Notes: generated by a model not told the origin, from the sequence alone. A DNA stretch of 39,598 nt from an uncultured Candidatus Midichloriaceae bacterium (GCA_905479795.1 CAJQNX010000096.1:1-39598), one strand, 5' to 3'; counted from the stretch's first letter, positions 10,622 to 22,863 are shown. Program-made: numbers and translations.

Positions 10622-11230
10622 TTAGAAATTTTTCATCTCATTTTCTAGTTTTAAAAATTGTAAATTAGTACTATCAATAAATTTACAAAGTATCTCTAGC
10701 GCTTTTCTTTCTTCATTTCCATTGCCGTGAATTAAAATAATGTCACCTTCTTTCATTTTTGAAATCCATGCACCTGAACCTAATTGCACTAAACCATACT
10801 TTTTTAGTTCTACTAAAAATTTTTCATCCGAAATTAATCCGGGAAACCTAAAAAATATTGACGGTATTTCTCCATTCTCAACTAGAATTCTTTCTGTATC
10901 TAAAATTTCAGATTGGATAACTGTATCTGATAAAAGTAAAAAATTACTCTCCATCGCAATGTCCTTGCAATATCTATGTGTAAAACTATGATTTACCCAT
11001 GTAATAATAAAATTATCTGATTTTAGAGATTGTAGCCAAATAAAATCCTCTTGATTCTGTATAATCCACAAGCCACTTATTGCTAGCGATACGTGCACTT
11101 TATCTAATTTAGATTTTTCTTTTAATCTTATAAAACAAACTCTTTTCTATTTTATTAACTGAAGGACACATATCTATTGAAATAAATAATCCTTTTGATT
11201 TATTAATACTTTTTAAACTTTGATTATCTT
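10622..11230 (-). pseudogene. Polysaccharide deacetylase (NodB-fold)-like gene, frameshifted
   Basis: ORF 10622..11098 has WVNHSFTH, FFRFPGL and GDIILIHGNGNE. The N-terminal motif KGLFISIDMCPS lies upstream (about 11150-11200) in a different frame that stops at KIKRKI*, with the frameshift near 11130. Confidence 0.7.
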
Positions 11231-11559
11231 TATTATTATTTTCTATAATTATTTAATAAATAATTATACAGTTTATTTATATGATCATAAAAAAATGGAA
11301 ATTCAAACATATTATCTATCATTTCAAATATAGATTCTGGCAAACTATCTGTTATTAATTGCGATATTTGATCTGTAGCTACTATTGCAGTAAGTATTAT
11401 CAATTACTTCTTTATAATTGCTTTTTCTACACCCGCTGTATTAGCAGTGCCATTATGTAATTTGCTATATGATATAACATACATCTATTTAATCTTAGAA
11501 ATTTTGATATCATCTTACAATTATTTTTGAGGATTATCATAAAATCATTGAGTAAATGC

Positions 11560-11587
11560 TTGACTTTAGAAGTAAGTTGAATATGAT
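11560..11587 (+). promoter_or_regulatory. Sigma70-type promoter for the secE-nusG-rplKAJL-rpoBC cluster
   Basis: TTGACT (11560-11565), 16-nt spacer, TATGAT (11582-11587). Confidence 0.6.
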
Positions 11588-11621
11588 TTACTACCATGGT
11601 TTTAATATTAGTCCACGTTAA

Positions 11622-11819
11622 GTGAAAATAAATAAATTAATCAATTTTGTCACAGAAGTTAGATCTGAGGGATACAGGGTTTCATGGCCCGTTATGAAAG
11701 ACACCCTTATGTCTTCATTGTTGGTTTTTATTGCAGTGATAATTTCGTCATTATTTTTCTTAATGATTGATGGGGCAATATACAAGTCTATTAATTATAT
11801 ATTAACGTTAGGAGGATAG
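11622..11819 (+). CDS. secE: Preprotein translocase subunit SecE
   Basis: FVTEVRSEGYRVSWP motif plus a single TM helix, directly upstream of nusG. GTG start. Confidence 0.93.
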   Translation: MKINKLINFVTEVRSEGYRVSWPVMKDTLMSSLLVFIAVIISSLFFLMIDGAIYKSINYILTLGG

Positions 11820-11821
11820 TT

Positions 11822-12355
11822 TTGGTTACCAAGTGGTATATAATTAACGTATTATCAGGGTATGAAAAAAAGGTCATTACCTTGATCAAAGAAAATGCTG
11901 CAAAAAAGAAAGCTTCAGATGCCTTTAAAGATTTTGTTGTTCCTGTTGAAAATACAGTTGAATTAAAAAAGGGGAAGAAGGTCAATGCAGAAAAAAGGAT
12001 TTTTCCTGGATACGTAATGGTAAACATGGATTTGAACGATCTTACTTGGAATATAGTGAAGAACACACAATATGTGGGAAAACTTCTAGGTGGGGGTAAC
12101 ACTCCATTAGCTATACCAGAATTTGAAGTTAAAAGAGTTTTGATGCAAGTTGAAGAAGGGAAAGTCGTTAAAGAGATGAAAAAAACCTTCGAGGTTGGCG
12201 AAAATGTAAAAATCATAAACGGTGTCTTTGAAACATTTAATGGTATCGTCGAAGAGGTAGAAGATGAAAAACAACGTCTAAAGGTATTGGTTTCTATTTT
12301 TGGCAGAGAAACTCCCGTAGATCTACATTTTGATCAAGTTGAGAAAAATATTTAA
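11822..12355 (+). CDS. nusG: Transcription termination/antitermination factor NusG
   Basis: KWYIINVLSGYEKKV, FPGYV, KOW motif and SIFGRETPV. TTG start with TTAGGAGG SD. Confidence 0.98.
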   Translation: MVTKWYIINVLSGYEKKVITLIKENAAKKKASDAFKDFVVPVENTVELKKGKKVNAEKRIFPGYVMVNMDLNDLTWNIVKNTQYVGKLLGGGNTPLAIPEFEVKRVLMQVEEGKVVKEMKKTFEVGENVKIINGVFETFNGIVEEVEDEKQRLKVLVSIFGRETPVDLHFDQVEKNI

Positions 12356-12369
12356 TTAAGGTAATAAAA

Positions 12370-12795
12370 GTGAAAAAAGTTATTGGAGAAATAAAATTAC
12401 AGATTTTGGCTGGAAAAGCAAATCCCGCACCACCCATAGGACCAGCGTTAGGGCAAAAAGGATTGAACATTGCTGAATTCTGCAAGCAATTTAACGACAA
12501 AACTAAAAAGGAAGATCCCAGCATGAAGTTACCAGTCATCATAACCGCTTACGCTGACAGAAGCTTCTCTTTTATAGTTAAATCCCCCCCCGTCTCAGAT
12601 TTAATAAAAAAATATGCTGGGTTACAAAAGGGGTCTTCAACTCCTGGAAGAGAAAGTGCTGGCAGCCTAAAGAAAGAGGATGTGCTAAAAATTGCTGAAA
12701 TAAAATTTATCGATATGGGGTTGGATGAATTAGGTGCAGCTACTAAAGCAGTCGAAGGTACAGCCCGCTCAATGGGAATTAACGTAATTGATTAA
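12370..12795 (+). CDS. rplK: 50S ribosomal protein L11
   Basis: AGKANPAPPIGPALGQKG and GTARSMG. GTG start. Confidence 0.99.
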   Translation: MKKVIGEIKLQILAGKANPAPPIGPALGQKGLNIAEFCKQFNDKTKKEDPSMKLPVIITAYADRSFSFIVKSPPVSDLIKKYAGLQKGSSTPGRESAGSLKKEDVLKIAEIKFIDMGLDELGAATKAVEGTARSMGINVID

Positions 12796-12814
12796 ATTTT
12801 TATAGGAAAGATAC

Positions 12815-13513
12815 ATGGGCAAAAGAATTGAGAATGCAAAAAAATTAATAGACGAAAACAAAAGTTACAGCTTAGATGAAGCAATCTCTTTCTTTTTGAA
12901 AGAGTACTCGGAGAAATACAGTGCAAAATTTGACGAAACGATTGAGTTTATTTTAAAATTAGGTATTGATGCAAAACAATCAGACCAAATGGTTAGGGGT
13001 GCCGTAACTATGCCTAATGGACTAGGTAAAGAAAAGAAGGTTGCAGTTATAATTGAATCCTCTAGAGTCAAAGAAGCAAAAGACTCCGGAGCCGATGAAG
13101 TTGGTGGCGAAGACTTGATAGAAAAAATTAAAGGTGGTTTTTTGGATTTTGACGTATGCGTTTCAACTCCTGGCATGATGTCTAAAGTTAGTACCATTGG
13201 CAAATTACTTGGACCAAAGGGTCTGATGCCCAATCCCAAACTTGGAACCGTGTCAGATGACATTAAAACTGCGGTAAAAAATATCAAAAAAGGTCAAGTA
13301 GAATTTAGGGTAGATAAAAACGGAATTATACACACTGGAATAGCCAAAATAAAGCTTGAACAAGAAAAAATAAAAGAAAACATAATGGAATTATATAACG
13401 CTATTTTATCAGCAAGGCCTGCAAAATCAAAAGGAATATATATGAAAAATTTATTTCTAACTACCACTCATGGCCCATCATTAAAGCTTGACTTAAAATC
13501 ATTTGTAGTTTAA
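12815..13513 (+). CDS. rplA: 50S ribosomal protein L1
   Basis: AKFDETIE and LGPKGLMPNPKLGTV. Confidence 0.99.
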   Translation: MGKRIENAKKLIDENKSYSLDEAISFFLKEYSEKYSAKFDETIEFILKLGIDAKQSDQMVRGAVTMPNGLGKEKKVAVIIESSRVKEAKDSGADEVGGEDLIEKIKGGFLDFDVCVSTPGMMSKVSTIGKLLGPKGLMPNPKLGTVSDDIKTAVKNIKKGQVEFRVDKNGIIHTGIAKIKLEQEKIKENIMELYNAILSARPAKSKGIYMKNLFLTTTHGPSLKLDLKSFVV

Positions 13514-13564
13514 CATTACCAGCCATGCCGTAGTAATAAAGCAACATAATTAAAATTATTTAAA

Positions 13565-14074
13565 GTGGATAGAATTAATAAAAAAAAATTGGTCGCAAAT
13601 TATTCAAAACTATTTGATGATTATGAAGCGATATTTCTAGTAAGGAATTCAGGGTTATCTGTATTAGATTCAAGATCTATAAGATCTCAGTTTAAGAAGA
13701 TTGATTCTAAATTTATGGTTACCAAAAATAGCTTGGCAAAAATAGCCTTAAGTAATACAAAATTCTCAAATATTCAGGAATTTTTTAATGGCCCGATAGC
13801 TGTAACATACTCAGATGATCCAGTATCCACATCCAAATTACTGGTAAAGTTATGCAGTAGTAACGATAAAATAGAGGTTATAGGTGGAGCAATTTTAGAT
13901 AAACAGCTAAACAAAGAGGATGTTGTCGCTTTATCTAAGATGCTTACTCAAAATGAAATTAGAGCGAAGATTGCAGGTCTAGTTAATGCTGCCGCAAGTA
14001 AAATTGCAAGGGTTCTTAACGAACCAAGCGCAAAATTAGCTAGAGTTATGAAATCTTATGCTGAAAAACAATAA
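13565..14074 (+). CDS. rplJ: 50S ribosomal protein L10
   Basis: VTKNSLAKIAL and GPIAV motifs, located between rplA and rplL. GTG start. Confidence 0.96.
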   Translation: MDRINKKKLVANYSKLFDDYEAIFLVRNSGLSVLDSRSIRSQFKKIDSKFMVTKNSLAKIALSNTKFSNIQEFFNGPIAVTYSDDPVSTSKLLVKLCSSNDKIEVIGGAILDKQLNKEDVVALSKMLTQNEIRAKIAGLVNAAASKIARVLNEPSAKLARVMKSYAEKQ

Positions 14075-14092
14075 AATTTATAGGAGACTAAA

Positions 14093-14470
14093 ATGGCTGA
14101 ACTTGATAAAATAGTTGATCAATTATCAAAACTTACGGTAATGGAGGCAGCAGATCTAGCTAAAATGCTAGAAGAAACTTGGGGTGTTAGTGCATCTGCA
14201 CCTATGATGGCTGCGGCAGCTCCACAAGGAGAATCTGCGCCTAGCGAATCTGAAGAAAAATCTGAGTATGACATTATCTTGGAATCTGCTGGAGACAAGA
14301 AAATTAATGTAATAAAAGAAGTAAAAGCAATCACAGGGCTTGGATTAAAGGAAGCAAAGGAACTTGTTGAATCTGCACCAAAATCAATCAAAACAGCCGT
14401 TCCAAAAAGCGAGGCTGAAGAATTAAAAGGCAAATTGGAAGCTGCTGGAGCAAAAATAAGCTTGAAATAA
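14093..14470 (+). CDS. rplL: 50S ribosomal protein L7/L12
   Basis: LEETWGVSA and [24 protein letters not shown]. Confidence 0.99.
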   Translation: MAELDKIVDQLSKLTVMEAADLAKMLEETWGVSASAPMMAAAAPQGESAPSESEEKSEYDIILESAGDKKINVIKEVKAITGLGLKEAKELVESAPKSIKTAVPKSEAEELKGKLEAAGAKISLK

Positions 14471-14493
14471 TTATTTATTTCAAGCTATTTGTT
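14459..14493 (+). terminator. rplL-rpoB hairpin (attenuator/terminator-like)
   Basis: Perfect 12-bp inverted repeat AGCTTGAAATAA (14459-14470) / TTATTTCAAGCT (14475-14486) with a 4-nt loop, followed by ATTTGTT. Confidence 0.6.
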
Positions 14494-14532
14494 ACTTACT
14501 AATTTTCTTAACTAATAAACATAGGTAAAAGA

Positions 14533-17500
14533 GTGTCTACATATCTTTCTAAGAGACGTATAAGGTATAGTTTTGGAAAAATCTCAAGCAATGTTAGCAT
14601 ACCCAATTTGATAAAAGTGCAAAAAAAATCTTATGAAGAGTTTTTGCAACTAGACATATCTCGAGATAGCCGCCAAAAACAAGGCTTAGAAGAGGTGTTG
14701 CAATCGGTTTTCCAAGTAAGTGACGTTGAGGGTAAAGCAAAACTTGAGTATATAAATTATGATCTTGGAGAACCTAAATACACTTCAGAAGAATGTATTC
14801 AAAGGGGTGTTAATTACGCATCCCCACTCAAAGTAAGCCTTCGTTTGATATTATGGGATTGTGACACAGAATTAGAGACCAGGGAAATAAAAGGGATAAA
14901 AGAGCAAGAGGTGTACATAGGAGACATCCCGTTGATGACTGACAAAGGTACATTTATCATTAATGGAGCTCAAAGAGTTATAGTTTCTCAATTACACCGT
15001 TCTCCTGGCGTCTTTTATACTCATGATGAAGGAAAGAATTCTAGCTCTGGAAAGTACATCTACTCAGCAAGAATCATACCATATAGAGGTTCATGGATTG
15101 ATTTTGAATTTGACACCAAGGATATATTGCACTTTAGAATAGATAGAAAGAGAAAGATTCACGTCTCAACATTACTTAGAGCAATTGGCTATAATAAAAG
15201 CATGATCCTTGAAGAATTTTATAGATTTATAAAGTATGAGTGGAAAAAAGGACAGCTTATTACAAAGTTAGCTCCCAATAAATTTAGAGGGATGAAGATT
15301 GAGAGCGATGTAATAGATGCTGACACAGGTGACATTATTTTTGAAAAAGGCGTTAGGGTAACCCCTAGATTACTAAAGAATTTCGAAGAATCTAATACAG
15401 AAAAAAATTATATTGCAAGTGAAGATGAGATAAAAGGTAAATTTTTAGCTAAGGATATAGTGCACACTAAAACAGGTGAAGTATTGCACGAATCCACTCA
15501 AGAAATTACGCAGGAAGTTATTGATAACGTTACTGCCCTTGGAATAAATGAGATACACATACTTGATATTAATAATATTGATTCAGGTAGTTTTATAAGA
15601 GACACAATAGTATTGGATAAAAATAAAGATGAGGATCAAGCATTAGCTGATATATATAAAGTCTTAAGACCTGGAGAACCATCAACACCAGAGGTTGCTA
15701 AGCAACTTTTCGAAAGCATGTTTTTTGATAATGAAAAATACGATCTTTCATCAGTTGGAAGAATGAAGATAAATAAAAAACATGATCTAAAAACTTCCGG
15801 TGACAATACCGCTTTAACTAAAGATGATATAGTTGTGATTGTTAAACATTTATTGCAATTGAAATGTGGTAATGGTGGTGTAGATGACATTGATAGCCTT
15901 GCAAATAGAAGGGTTAGATCAGTTGGTGAATTAGTAGAAAATCAATTTCGCATGGGGCTTGTAAAAATGCAAAAATCTATTCTTGACAGAATGTCTTCTG
16001 TAGAAATAGATAATGTTATGCCACATGATTTGGTTAATTCAAAAACCTTAATGAGTTATTTAAGAGAGTTTTTTGGTATATCACAACTCTCACAATTTAT
16101 GGATCAGACAAATCCATTAGCTGAAATTACTCACAAAAGAAGATTGTCTGCACTTGGGCCTGGAGGATTAACCAGAGAAAGAGCGGGGTTTGAAGTGCGA
16201 GATGTGCATACTACTCATTACAGTAGAATATGCCCTATTGAAACTCCTGAAGGTCAGAACATTGGTTTAATTAGCTCATTGGCAACTTATGCAGATATTG
16301 ACAAATATGGATTCATAGAAAGTCCATATCGCAAAGTTAAAGATGGATATGTTACTAAAGAAATTATTCAACTAACTGCAATTGAAGAAGAAAGATACTA
16401 TATTTCAAAATCTAGCATAGCTTTAGATGATGATGAAAGGATAGTAGATGAAGTTGTTACATGTCATAAAAAAGGTGAAGTTGTAAACGTCCCTAGAAGT
16501 AAAGTAGATTTAATAGATGTTTCACCACAGCAATTGGTTTCTGTTGCTGCATCCTTGATACCATTTTTAGAAAATGATGATGCAAACAGAGCTTTAATGG
16601 GTTCAAATATGCAGAGACAAGCAGTCCCATTAATTAAAAATGAGGCACCATTTGTTGGAACCGGGATGGAAAAAGTGGTGGCATGTGATTCTGGAACAGT
16701 AATTTTAGCTAAAAGAAGCGGAATTGTAGATCAAGTAGATTCTAAAAGGATTGTTATAAAAGTAAAGGATACTGAAGAAAGTGATATATCTGGAGTAGAT
16801 ATATATACCTTAATTAAACATTATAAATCAAATCAAGGCACATGCATAAACCAAAGGCCAATTGTAAGAGTTGGTCAATTTGTTAGAAAAGGAGATATTC
16901 TTGCAGATGGAGCTTCTACAGATATGGGAGAGCTTGCTTTAGGAAAAAATATTTTAGTAGCCTTTGTACCATGGAATGGTTACAACTTTGAAGATTCTAT
17001 CTTATTATCAGAGCGCCTAGTAAAAGAGGATGTCTATACTTCTGTTCATATTAATGAATATGAAGTAGTTGCTAGAGATACAAGACTGGGACCTGAAGAA
17101 ATTACAAGAGATATTCCTAATTTAAATGAAGAGAATCTTAATCATCTAGATGAAACTGGCATCGTAAATATTGGAGCTAAAGTAAATCCTGGCGACATAT
17201 TAGTTGGTAAAGTTACACCAAAAACTGAATCACCATTAACTCCAGAGGAAAAACTTTTAAGGGCAATTTTTGGAGAAAAAGCTGCAGATGTACGAAATTC
17301 ATCATTAAGAGTTCCGCCTGGTGCAAAAGGGGTAGTAGTTGATATAAAGATATTTACTAAACGAGGTGTGCAAAAAGATGAAAGGGCACTTTCAATAGAA
17401 AGGAACGAAATTGAAAAGTTCTCAAAAGATAAGGACGATGAAATTAGAATTATTGAAGATTATGTATTTGGTAGAGTGAAAAGTATATTATCAGGTAAAA

Positions 17501-18639
17501 AAATTAAGACTAAAGCTGGAAAAATTATAGTTACTAATGATGAATTTTTTAGCAATTTAGCTAATAAAGATTTATTATTATTAGAAATTGATGATGAGGA
17601 AACTAATAAAGAAATTAAAAAATTAGAAGACTTTTACGATGGCTATTTGAAAAAACTTGAAAAAGAATATAAACAAAAGGTTGGAAAATTACAAAGTGGT
17701 GATGATTTACCACAGGGCGTATTAAAAATTGTTAAAGTATACGTAGCAAATAAACTAAAAATTCAACCTGGTGATAAAATGGCTGGTAGACATGGAAACA
17801 AAGGTGTTGTGTCCAAGATAATCCCAGTTGAAGAAATGCCATTTTTAGATGATGGTCAACCAGTGGATATAGTTTTAAACCCTCTTGGTGTCCCATCCAG
17901 GATGAACATAGGGCAAATCTTAGAAACTCATTTAGGCTGGGCTTCAGTCGCTTTAGGTAAAAAAGTTGCAGTAGTGCTAGAAAAATGCCTAAAAAATTAT
18001 CATGCATCACATGAATTAGAGCTAAGAGAAAAAATAAAAGAAGTCTATGAAATTCAAGAAAAAAATAGTAAAAAAGTTCAAAGCTATGTTGATGAGTTAA
18101 AAGCAGATGATTTACTAGATTTAGCACAAGACATCTCCAAAGGAATAAAATTTGCAACTCCCGTTTTTGATGGAGCCAAAGAGGAACATATAAATAACCT
18201 TCTAGAAAAAGCAGGTTTGGAAAAATCCGGTCAGGTAAGATTGAGAGATGGAAGAACAGGAGAATACTTTGATAGAAAAGTAACTGTTGGCTATATATAT
18301 ATGTTAAAACTTGATCACCTTGTTGATAATAAAATTCATGCGAGATCTATAGGGCCATATAGCTTAGTTACTCAGCAACCACTTGGAGGTAAATCTCACT
18401 TTGGTGGACAAAGATTTGGTGAAATGGAATGTTGGGCATTGCAAGCTTATGGTGCTGCATATACATTACAAGAAATTTTAACAATCAAATCAGATGACGT
18501 ATCTGGTAGAATTAAAGCTTATGAAGCAATGATAAGAGGTGAAAACTCATTTGATGTTGGATTGCCAGAATCATTTAAAGTAATGATAAAAGAGATTAGA
18601 TCTTTAGGTCTAAACATGGAAATAATAGAAAAAGAATAA
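14533..18639 (+). CDS. rpoB: RNA polymerase beta subunit
   Basis: 1368 aa with [33 protein letters not shown] and [12 protein letters not shown] start; has its own stop codon, so not fused to rpoC. Confidence 0.99.
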   Translation: MSTYLSKRRIRYSFGKISSNVSIPNLIKVQKKSYEEFLQLDISRDSRQKQGLEEVLQSVFQVSDVEGKAKLEYINYDLGEPKYTSEECIQRGVNYASPLKVSLRLILWDCDTELETREIKGIKEQEVYIGDIPLMTDKGTFIINGAQRVIVSQLHRSPGVFYTHDEGKNSSSGKYIYSARIIPYRGSWIDFEFDTKDILHFRIDRKRKIHVSTLLRAIGYNKSMILEEFYRFIKYEWKKGQLITKLAPNKFRGMKIESDVIDADTGDIIFEKGVRVTPRLLKNFEESNTEKNYIASEDEIKGKFLAKDIVHTKTGEVLHESTQEITQEVIDNVTALGINEIHILDINNIDSGSFIRDTIVLDKNKDEDQALADIYKVLRPGEPSTPEVAKQLFESMFFDNEKYDLSSVGRMKINKKHDLKTSGDNTALTKDDIVVIVKHLLQLKCGNGGVDDIDSLANRRVRSVGELVENQFRMGLVKMQKSILDRMSSVEIDNVMPHDLVNSKTLMSYLREFFGISQLSQFMDQTNPLAEITHKRRLSALGPGGLTRERAGFEVRDVHTTHYSRICPIETPEGQNIGLISSLATYADIDKYGFIESPYRKVKDGYVTKEIIQLTAIEEERYYISKSSIALDDDERIVDEVVTCHKKGEVVNVPRSKVDLIDVSPQQLVSVAASLIPFLENDDANRALMGSNMQRQAVPLIKNEAPFVGTGMEKVVACDSGTVILAKRSGIVDQVDSKRIVIKVKDTEESDISGVDIYTLIKHYKSNQGTCINQRPIVRVGQFVRKGDILADGASTDMGELALGKNILVAFVPWNGYNFEDSILLSERLVKEDVYTSVHINEYEVVARDTRLGPEEITRDIPNLNEENLNHLDETGIVNIGAKVNPGDILVGKVTPKTESPLTPEEKLLRAIFGEKAADVRNSSLRVPPGAKGVVVDIKIFTKRGVQKDERALSIERNEIEKFSKDKDDEIRIIEDYVFGRVKSILSGKKIKTKAGKIIVTNDEFFSNLANKDLLLLEIDDEETNKEIKKLEDFYDGYLKKLEKEYKQKVGKLQSGDDLPQGVLKIVKVYVANKLKIQPGDKMAGRHGNKGVVSKIIPVEEMPFLDDGQPVDIVLNPLGVPSRMNIGQILETHLGWASVALGKKVAVVLEKCLKNYHASHELELREKIKEVYEIQEKNSKKVQSYVDELKADDLLDLAQDISKGIKFATPVFDGAKEEHINNLLEKAGLEKSGQVRLRDGRTGEYFDRKVTVGYIYMLKLDHLVDNKIHARSIGPYSLVTQQPLGGKSHFGGQRFGEMECWALQAYGAAYTLQEILTIKSDDVSGRIKAYEAMIRGENSFDVGLPESFKVMIKEIRSLGLNMEIIEKE

Positions 18640-18671
18640 CAATTTTTAAAAATTTATAGAGGTAATAACCT

Positions 18672-21600
18672 GTGTTTAATTACTTAAATTCCCAAACTAA
18701 TAAAGATTTTGATGCTATCAAAATATCTATTGCAAGTCCTGATCAAATTAGATCATGGTCTTATGGGGAAGTTAAAAGGCCAGATACTGTGAATTACAGA
18801 ACAATCAAACCTGAAAATGGCGGATTGTTTTGTTCAAGAATTTTTGGACCAGTTAAAGATTATGAATGTCTTTGTGGTAAATATAAAAGAATGAAATACA
18901 GGGGGACTGTTTGTGAAAAATGCGGTGTTGAAGTAACAACATCAAAAGTCAGAAGAGAAAGGATGGGTCATATAGAATTGGCAACTCCAATAGTTCATAT
19001 TTGGTTTTTAAGATCTTTACCATCAAGGATATGCACATTATTAGATATAACTTTGAAGAAAATAGAAAAAGTTTTATACTATGATGCATATATTATAAAT
19101 GATCCTGGGATTACTAATTTAGAATATGGTCAATTGATATCAGAAGAAGATTATCACAAAGCAATTGAGCATTATGGAGAGGACAGCTTTCAAGCAGGTA
19201 TCGGTGCTGAAGTAATAAAAACTATGCTAATGAGCATTGATTTAAAAGAAGATAAAGCAAAATTAAGAATAGAATTAGCAAAAACAAATTCTGAAACAAC
19301 TAGAAAAAAGATAGTAAAAAGACTTAAATTAGTTGAAGATTTTTTAGAATCTGGAAATAAACTTGAATGGATGGTTTTAGAGGTCCTTCCAGTTATACCT
19401 CCAGATTTAAGACCTTTAGTTATGCTTGATGGTGGAAGATTTGCAACATCAGATTTAAATGAACTATATAGAAGAGTTCTTAATAGAAATAACAGATTAA
19501 ACAGATTGCTTGAACTTAAAGCTCCAGACATCATTATTCGTAATGAAAAAAGAATGCTTCAGGAATCAGTTGACGCATTATTCGACAACAGTAGAAAGAG
19601 TAAAGTTATCAAAGCATCGAATAAAAGGCCTCTAAAGTCACTTGCAGACATGCTTAAAGGTAAGCATGGTAGATTTAGACAAAATCTATTAGGCAAAAGG
19701 GTAGATTATTCAGGTAGATCTGTAATTGTAGTTGGAGCGGATTTAAAGCTTCATCAATGTGGATTGCCAAAAAGAATGGCTTTAGAATTAATGAAACCAT
19801 TTATATATTCTAAATTAGAACTTTACGGGATTTCTACAACAATTAAAGCTGCAAAAAAAATAGTGGAAGAGGAAAGGCCTGAAGTTTGGGATATTTTAGA
19901 TGAGGTTATCAAGGAACATCCTATATTCTTAAATAGAGCACCAACTCTTCATAGACTTGGTATACAAGCCTTTGAACCAATCCTAATTGAAGGAAAGGCA
20001 ATTCAATTACACCCTTTAGTTTGTGCTGCATTTAATGCTGACTTTGATGGTGATCAGATGGCTGTTCACGTACCTCTTTCAATAGAAGCGCAGTTAGAGG
20101 CAAGAGTATTAATGATGTCTACTAATAATATACTGGGATCAGCAAATGGAGAGCCAATTATTGTACCAACACAGGACATTGTTTTAGGCATTTATTATCT
20201 GTCATTACAATTCGAAAAACAAAAAGGTGAAGGCATGTGTTTCGCAAATTTAAATGAAGTTGAGCATGCTGTGGATGCAAAAAAGTTATCAATTCATGCA
20301 AAAATTAAATTTAGAACTAAGCTAGATGATCAAAATGGACAACCATCTACCGCAATGGTTGATACTACTCCTGGCAGACTATTTATTGCTGAACTTCTAC
20401 CTAAAGAATCTCAAATTAGTTATGATTACATTAATAAAATCATGACTAAAAAAGAAATTTCTAGCTTAATAGATGTTGTTTATAGAAATTGTGGCCAAAA
20501 AAATACTGTAATTTTTGCAGATCACTTAATGGGTTTAGGTTTTAAATATGCTTGCCAATCTGGTATATCCATTGGAAAAGATGATATTGTCATTCCGGAA
20601 ACTAAAGGTGCATATATTGCTAATTCTTACAACAAGATTAGAGAGTACGAGGAGCAATATTCAGATGGATTAATTACATCTGGTGAGAGATACAATAAAG
20701 CGATTGATGAATGGACAAAATGTACTGATGTAATTGCATCTGATATGATGAAAAAATTATTTGATCCTAATGATCCAAATAATAAACACAACACTTTTGA
20801 ATCCCTAAATAGTGTATATATCATGTCTGATTCAGGAGCTAGAGGTTCGCCAGCCCAAATGAGACAATTAGCTGGTATGAGAGGATTAATGACAAAACCT
20901 TCAGGTGAAATTATCGAAACTCCAATCACATCTAATTTTAAAGAAGGGCTAAATGAGTTAGAGTACTTTATCTCCACTCATGGTGCAAGAAAAGGTCTGG
21001 CAGATACAGCACTTAAAACTGCAAATTCAGGTTATTTAACCAGAAAATTAGTTGATGTTGCTCAGGATTGCATTGTTATTGAGGATGATTGCGGCACCAA
21101 TAATTCCATTTTAATTAGAGAAAGAGTTGAAAACGGAGAGGTTATCCTACCATTAAGAGAACTTGCTTTAGGTAGAGTATTAGCAGAAGACGTGCATTCA
21201 TCAGAAAAAAATTCAATTTTAGTTAAAAAAGGTAAGCTAATTGATGAGGATATTATGTCTGTTATTGAGCAACATAATGTTGAAGCATTAAAGATTAAAT
21301 CTGTCTTAACATGTGAAAGTAAAAATGGAGTCTGCAGCAAATGCTATGGAAGAGATCTTGCAAGAGGACAAATTGTTAATTTAGGAGAAGCTATTGGTGT
21401 CATTGCCGCTCAATCTATTGGTGAGCCTGGTACTCAATTAACCATGAGAACGTTCCATATTGGTGGTGCTGCTCAAAAAATAGCAAGCAAATCTGATATT
21501 ATTTCTTCACATTCTGGAGTCGTAAAATTTGAAAACTCTACTATTATTCAAAATAATAGTGGAACTAAAATTAATATGAGTAGAAATTGTGAGCTTGTAA

Positions 21601-22781
21601 TATTTCATGGGAAAAACAATGAAAAATTTAGGTGCAAAGTACCTTATGGTGCAAAAATTTTATTTGATGATAACGATAAAATAAGAGGTGGTGAAAAAAT
21701 AGCAGAATGGGATCCATTTACTCTTCCAATAATGACTGATGTTACAGGTTATGTAGCATTTGTAGATTTAGAAGATTCAGTGTCTGTCAAAGAAATTCAG
21801 GATGATATAACAGGGATCACTAATAAGGTTATAATAGAAGGTAAGCAAACTTCAAAAACCTCAAGTTTAAGACCTAGGATTATCATTAAGGATGCTGATG
21901 GAAATCCTATAAAATTGAGTAATGGCTCAGAAGCAAGATATTTCTTACCAGTTAACGCAATCATTAATGTTTCAGATAATCAAAAAGTTGAAGTTGGTGA
22001 TATATTATCAAAAATACCAAAAGAATCCTCTAAAAGCAGGGATATTACTGGTGGTTTACCGAGAGTTGTAGAATTATTTGAAGCTCGTCAACCCAAAGAA
22101 GTGGCAGTATTAAGTGAGATAGATGGTTATGTTGAATATGGGCAAGATTATAAATTTAAGAGACGATTAATAGTCAGATCAAAGGATGAAGAAGTTAAAA
22201 CAGAATATTTCATTCCTAGAGGTAAACATATATCTGTGAATGAAGGTGATTATGTATTAAAGGGCGAGATGTTACTTGATGGAGATCCATCCCCTCATGA
22301 TATATTGCGTATTCTTGGAAAAGAGGAATTTGCAAAATACATGATTGATGAAGTTCAGCAAGTTTATAAATTACAAGGAGTGAGAATCAATAATAAGCAT
22401 ATTGAGGTCATATTAAAACAAATGCTTAAAAAAGTAGAGATAACAGACCCAGGTGAAACAACATTTATTATTGGAGAACAAGTAGATAGGGAAAATTTTG
22501 AGCAAATAAATAAAAAAGCTAAAAAAGAAAAATATAAACTTGCTCAAGCAATAGGAATTTTGCAGGGAATAACAAAATCTTCATTGCAAACAAATTCCTT
22601 TTTATCTGCTGCATCATTCCAAGAAACTATAAAAGTATTAACAGAAGCTGCGGTTTCTGCTAAATCTGATAATCTAGTAGGATTAAAAGAAAATGTTATC
22701 GTAGGTAGGCTTATTCCTGCAGGAACAGGCTTTTATATGAATAAGCTAAAGAAAAAATATAACGACGCCAAAACGAATTGA
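18672..22781 (+). CDS. rpoC: RNA polymerase beta' subunit
   Basis: 1369 aa with Zn finger CLCGKYK...CEKC and catalytic NADFDGD. GTG start. Confidence 0.99.
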   Translation: MFNYLNSQTNKDFDAIKISIASPDQIRSWSYGEVKRPDTVNYRTIKPENGGLFCSRIFGPVKDYECLCGKYKRMKYRGTVCEKCGVEVTTSKVRRERMGHIELATPIVHIWFLRSLPSRICTLLDITLKKIEKVLYYDAYIINDPGITNLEYGQLISEEDYHKAIEHYGEDSFQAGIGAEVIKTMLMSIDLKEDKAKLRIELAKTNSETTRKKIVKRLKLVEDFLESGNKLEWMVLEVLPVIPPDLRPLVMLDGGRFATSDLNELYRRVLNRNNRLNRLLELKAPDIIIRNEKRMLQESVDALFDNSRKSKVIKASNKRPLKSLADMLKGKHGRFRQNLLGKRVDYSGRSVIVVGADLKLHQCGLPKRMALELMKPFIYSKLELYGISTTIKAAKKIVEEERPEVWDILDEVIKEHPIFLNRAPTLHRLGIQAFEPILIEGKAIQLHPLVCAAFNADFDGDQMAVHVPLSIEAQLEARVLMMSTNNILGSANGEPIIVPTQDIVLGIYYLSLQFEKQKGEGMCFANLNEVEHAVDAKKLSIHAKIKFRTKLDDQNGQPSTAMVDTTPGRLFIAELLPKESQISYDYINKIMTKKEISSLIDVVYRNCGQKNTVIFADHLMGLGFKYACQSGISIGKDDIVIPETKGAYIANSYNKIREYEEQYSDGLITSGERYNKAIDEWTKCTDVIASDMMKKLFDPNDPNNKHNTFESLNSVYIMSDSGARGSPAQMRQLAGMRGLMTKPSGEIIETPITSNFKEGLNELEYFISTHGARKGLADTALKTANSGYLTRKLVDVAQDCIVIEDDCGTNNSILIRERVENGEVILPLRELALGRVLAEDVHSSEKNSILVKKGKLIDEDIMSVIEQHNVEALKIKSVLTCESKNGVCSKCYGRDLARGQIVNLGEAIGVIAAQSIGEPGTQLTMRTFHIGGAAQKIASKSDIISSHSGVVKFENSTIIQNNSGTKINMSRNCELVIFHGKNNEKFRCKVPYGAKILFDDNDKIRGGEKIAEWDPFTLPIMTDVTGYVAFVDLEDSVSVKEIQDDITGITNKVIIEGKQTSKTSSLRPRIIIKDADGNPIKLSNGSEARYFLPVNAIINVSDNQKVEVGDILSKIPKESSKSRDITGGLPRVVELFEARQPKEVAVLSEIDGYVEYGQDYKFKRRLIVRSKDEEVKTEYFIPRGKHISVNEGDYVLKGEMLLDGDPSPHDILRILGKEEFAKYMIDEVQQVYKLQGVRINNKHIEVILKQMLKKVEITDPGETTFIIGEQVDRENFEQINKKAKKEKYKLAQAIGILQGITKSSLQTNSFLSAASFQETIKVLTEAAVSAKSDNLVGLKENVIVGRLIPAGTGFYMNKLKKKYNDAKTN

Positions 22782-22824
22782 TTTTTATAAATAAAAAATA
22801 CCAAAGATAAGAAACTTTTCGTTG

Positions 22825-22853
22825 TTGACTTTTTATAATATTCTTACTAATTT
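22825..22853 (+). promoter_or_regulatory. Probable sigma70 promoter for tRNA-Arg
   Basis: TTGACT at 22825-22830 with AT-rich -10 candidates (TAATTT 22848-22853) just before the tRNA. Confidence 0.4.
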
Positions 22854-22863
22854 ACGTATGAAT

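Noticed and set aside
16060-16170. Rifampicin-resistance substitutions in RpoB cluster I
   Set aside because: The key Q, D, H, R and S residues match the sensitive consensus.
18600-18700. Possible rpoB-rpoC fusion as in Wolbachia
   Set aside because: rpoB has a TAA stop at 18639, and rpoC has its own SD and start in a different frame.
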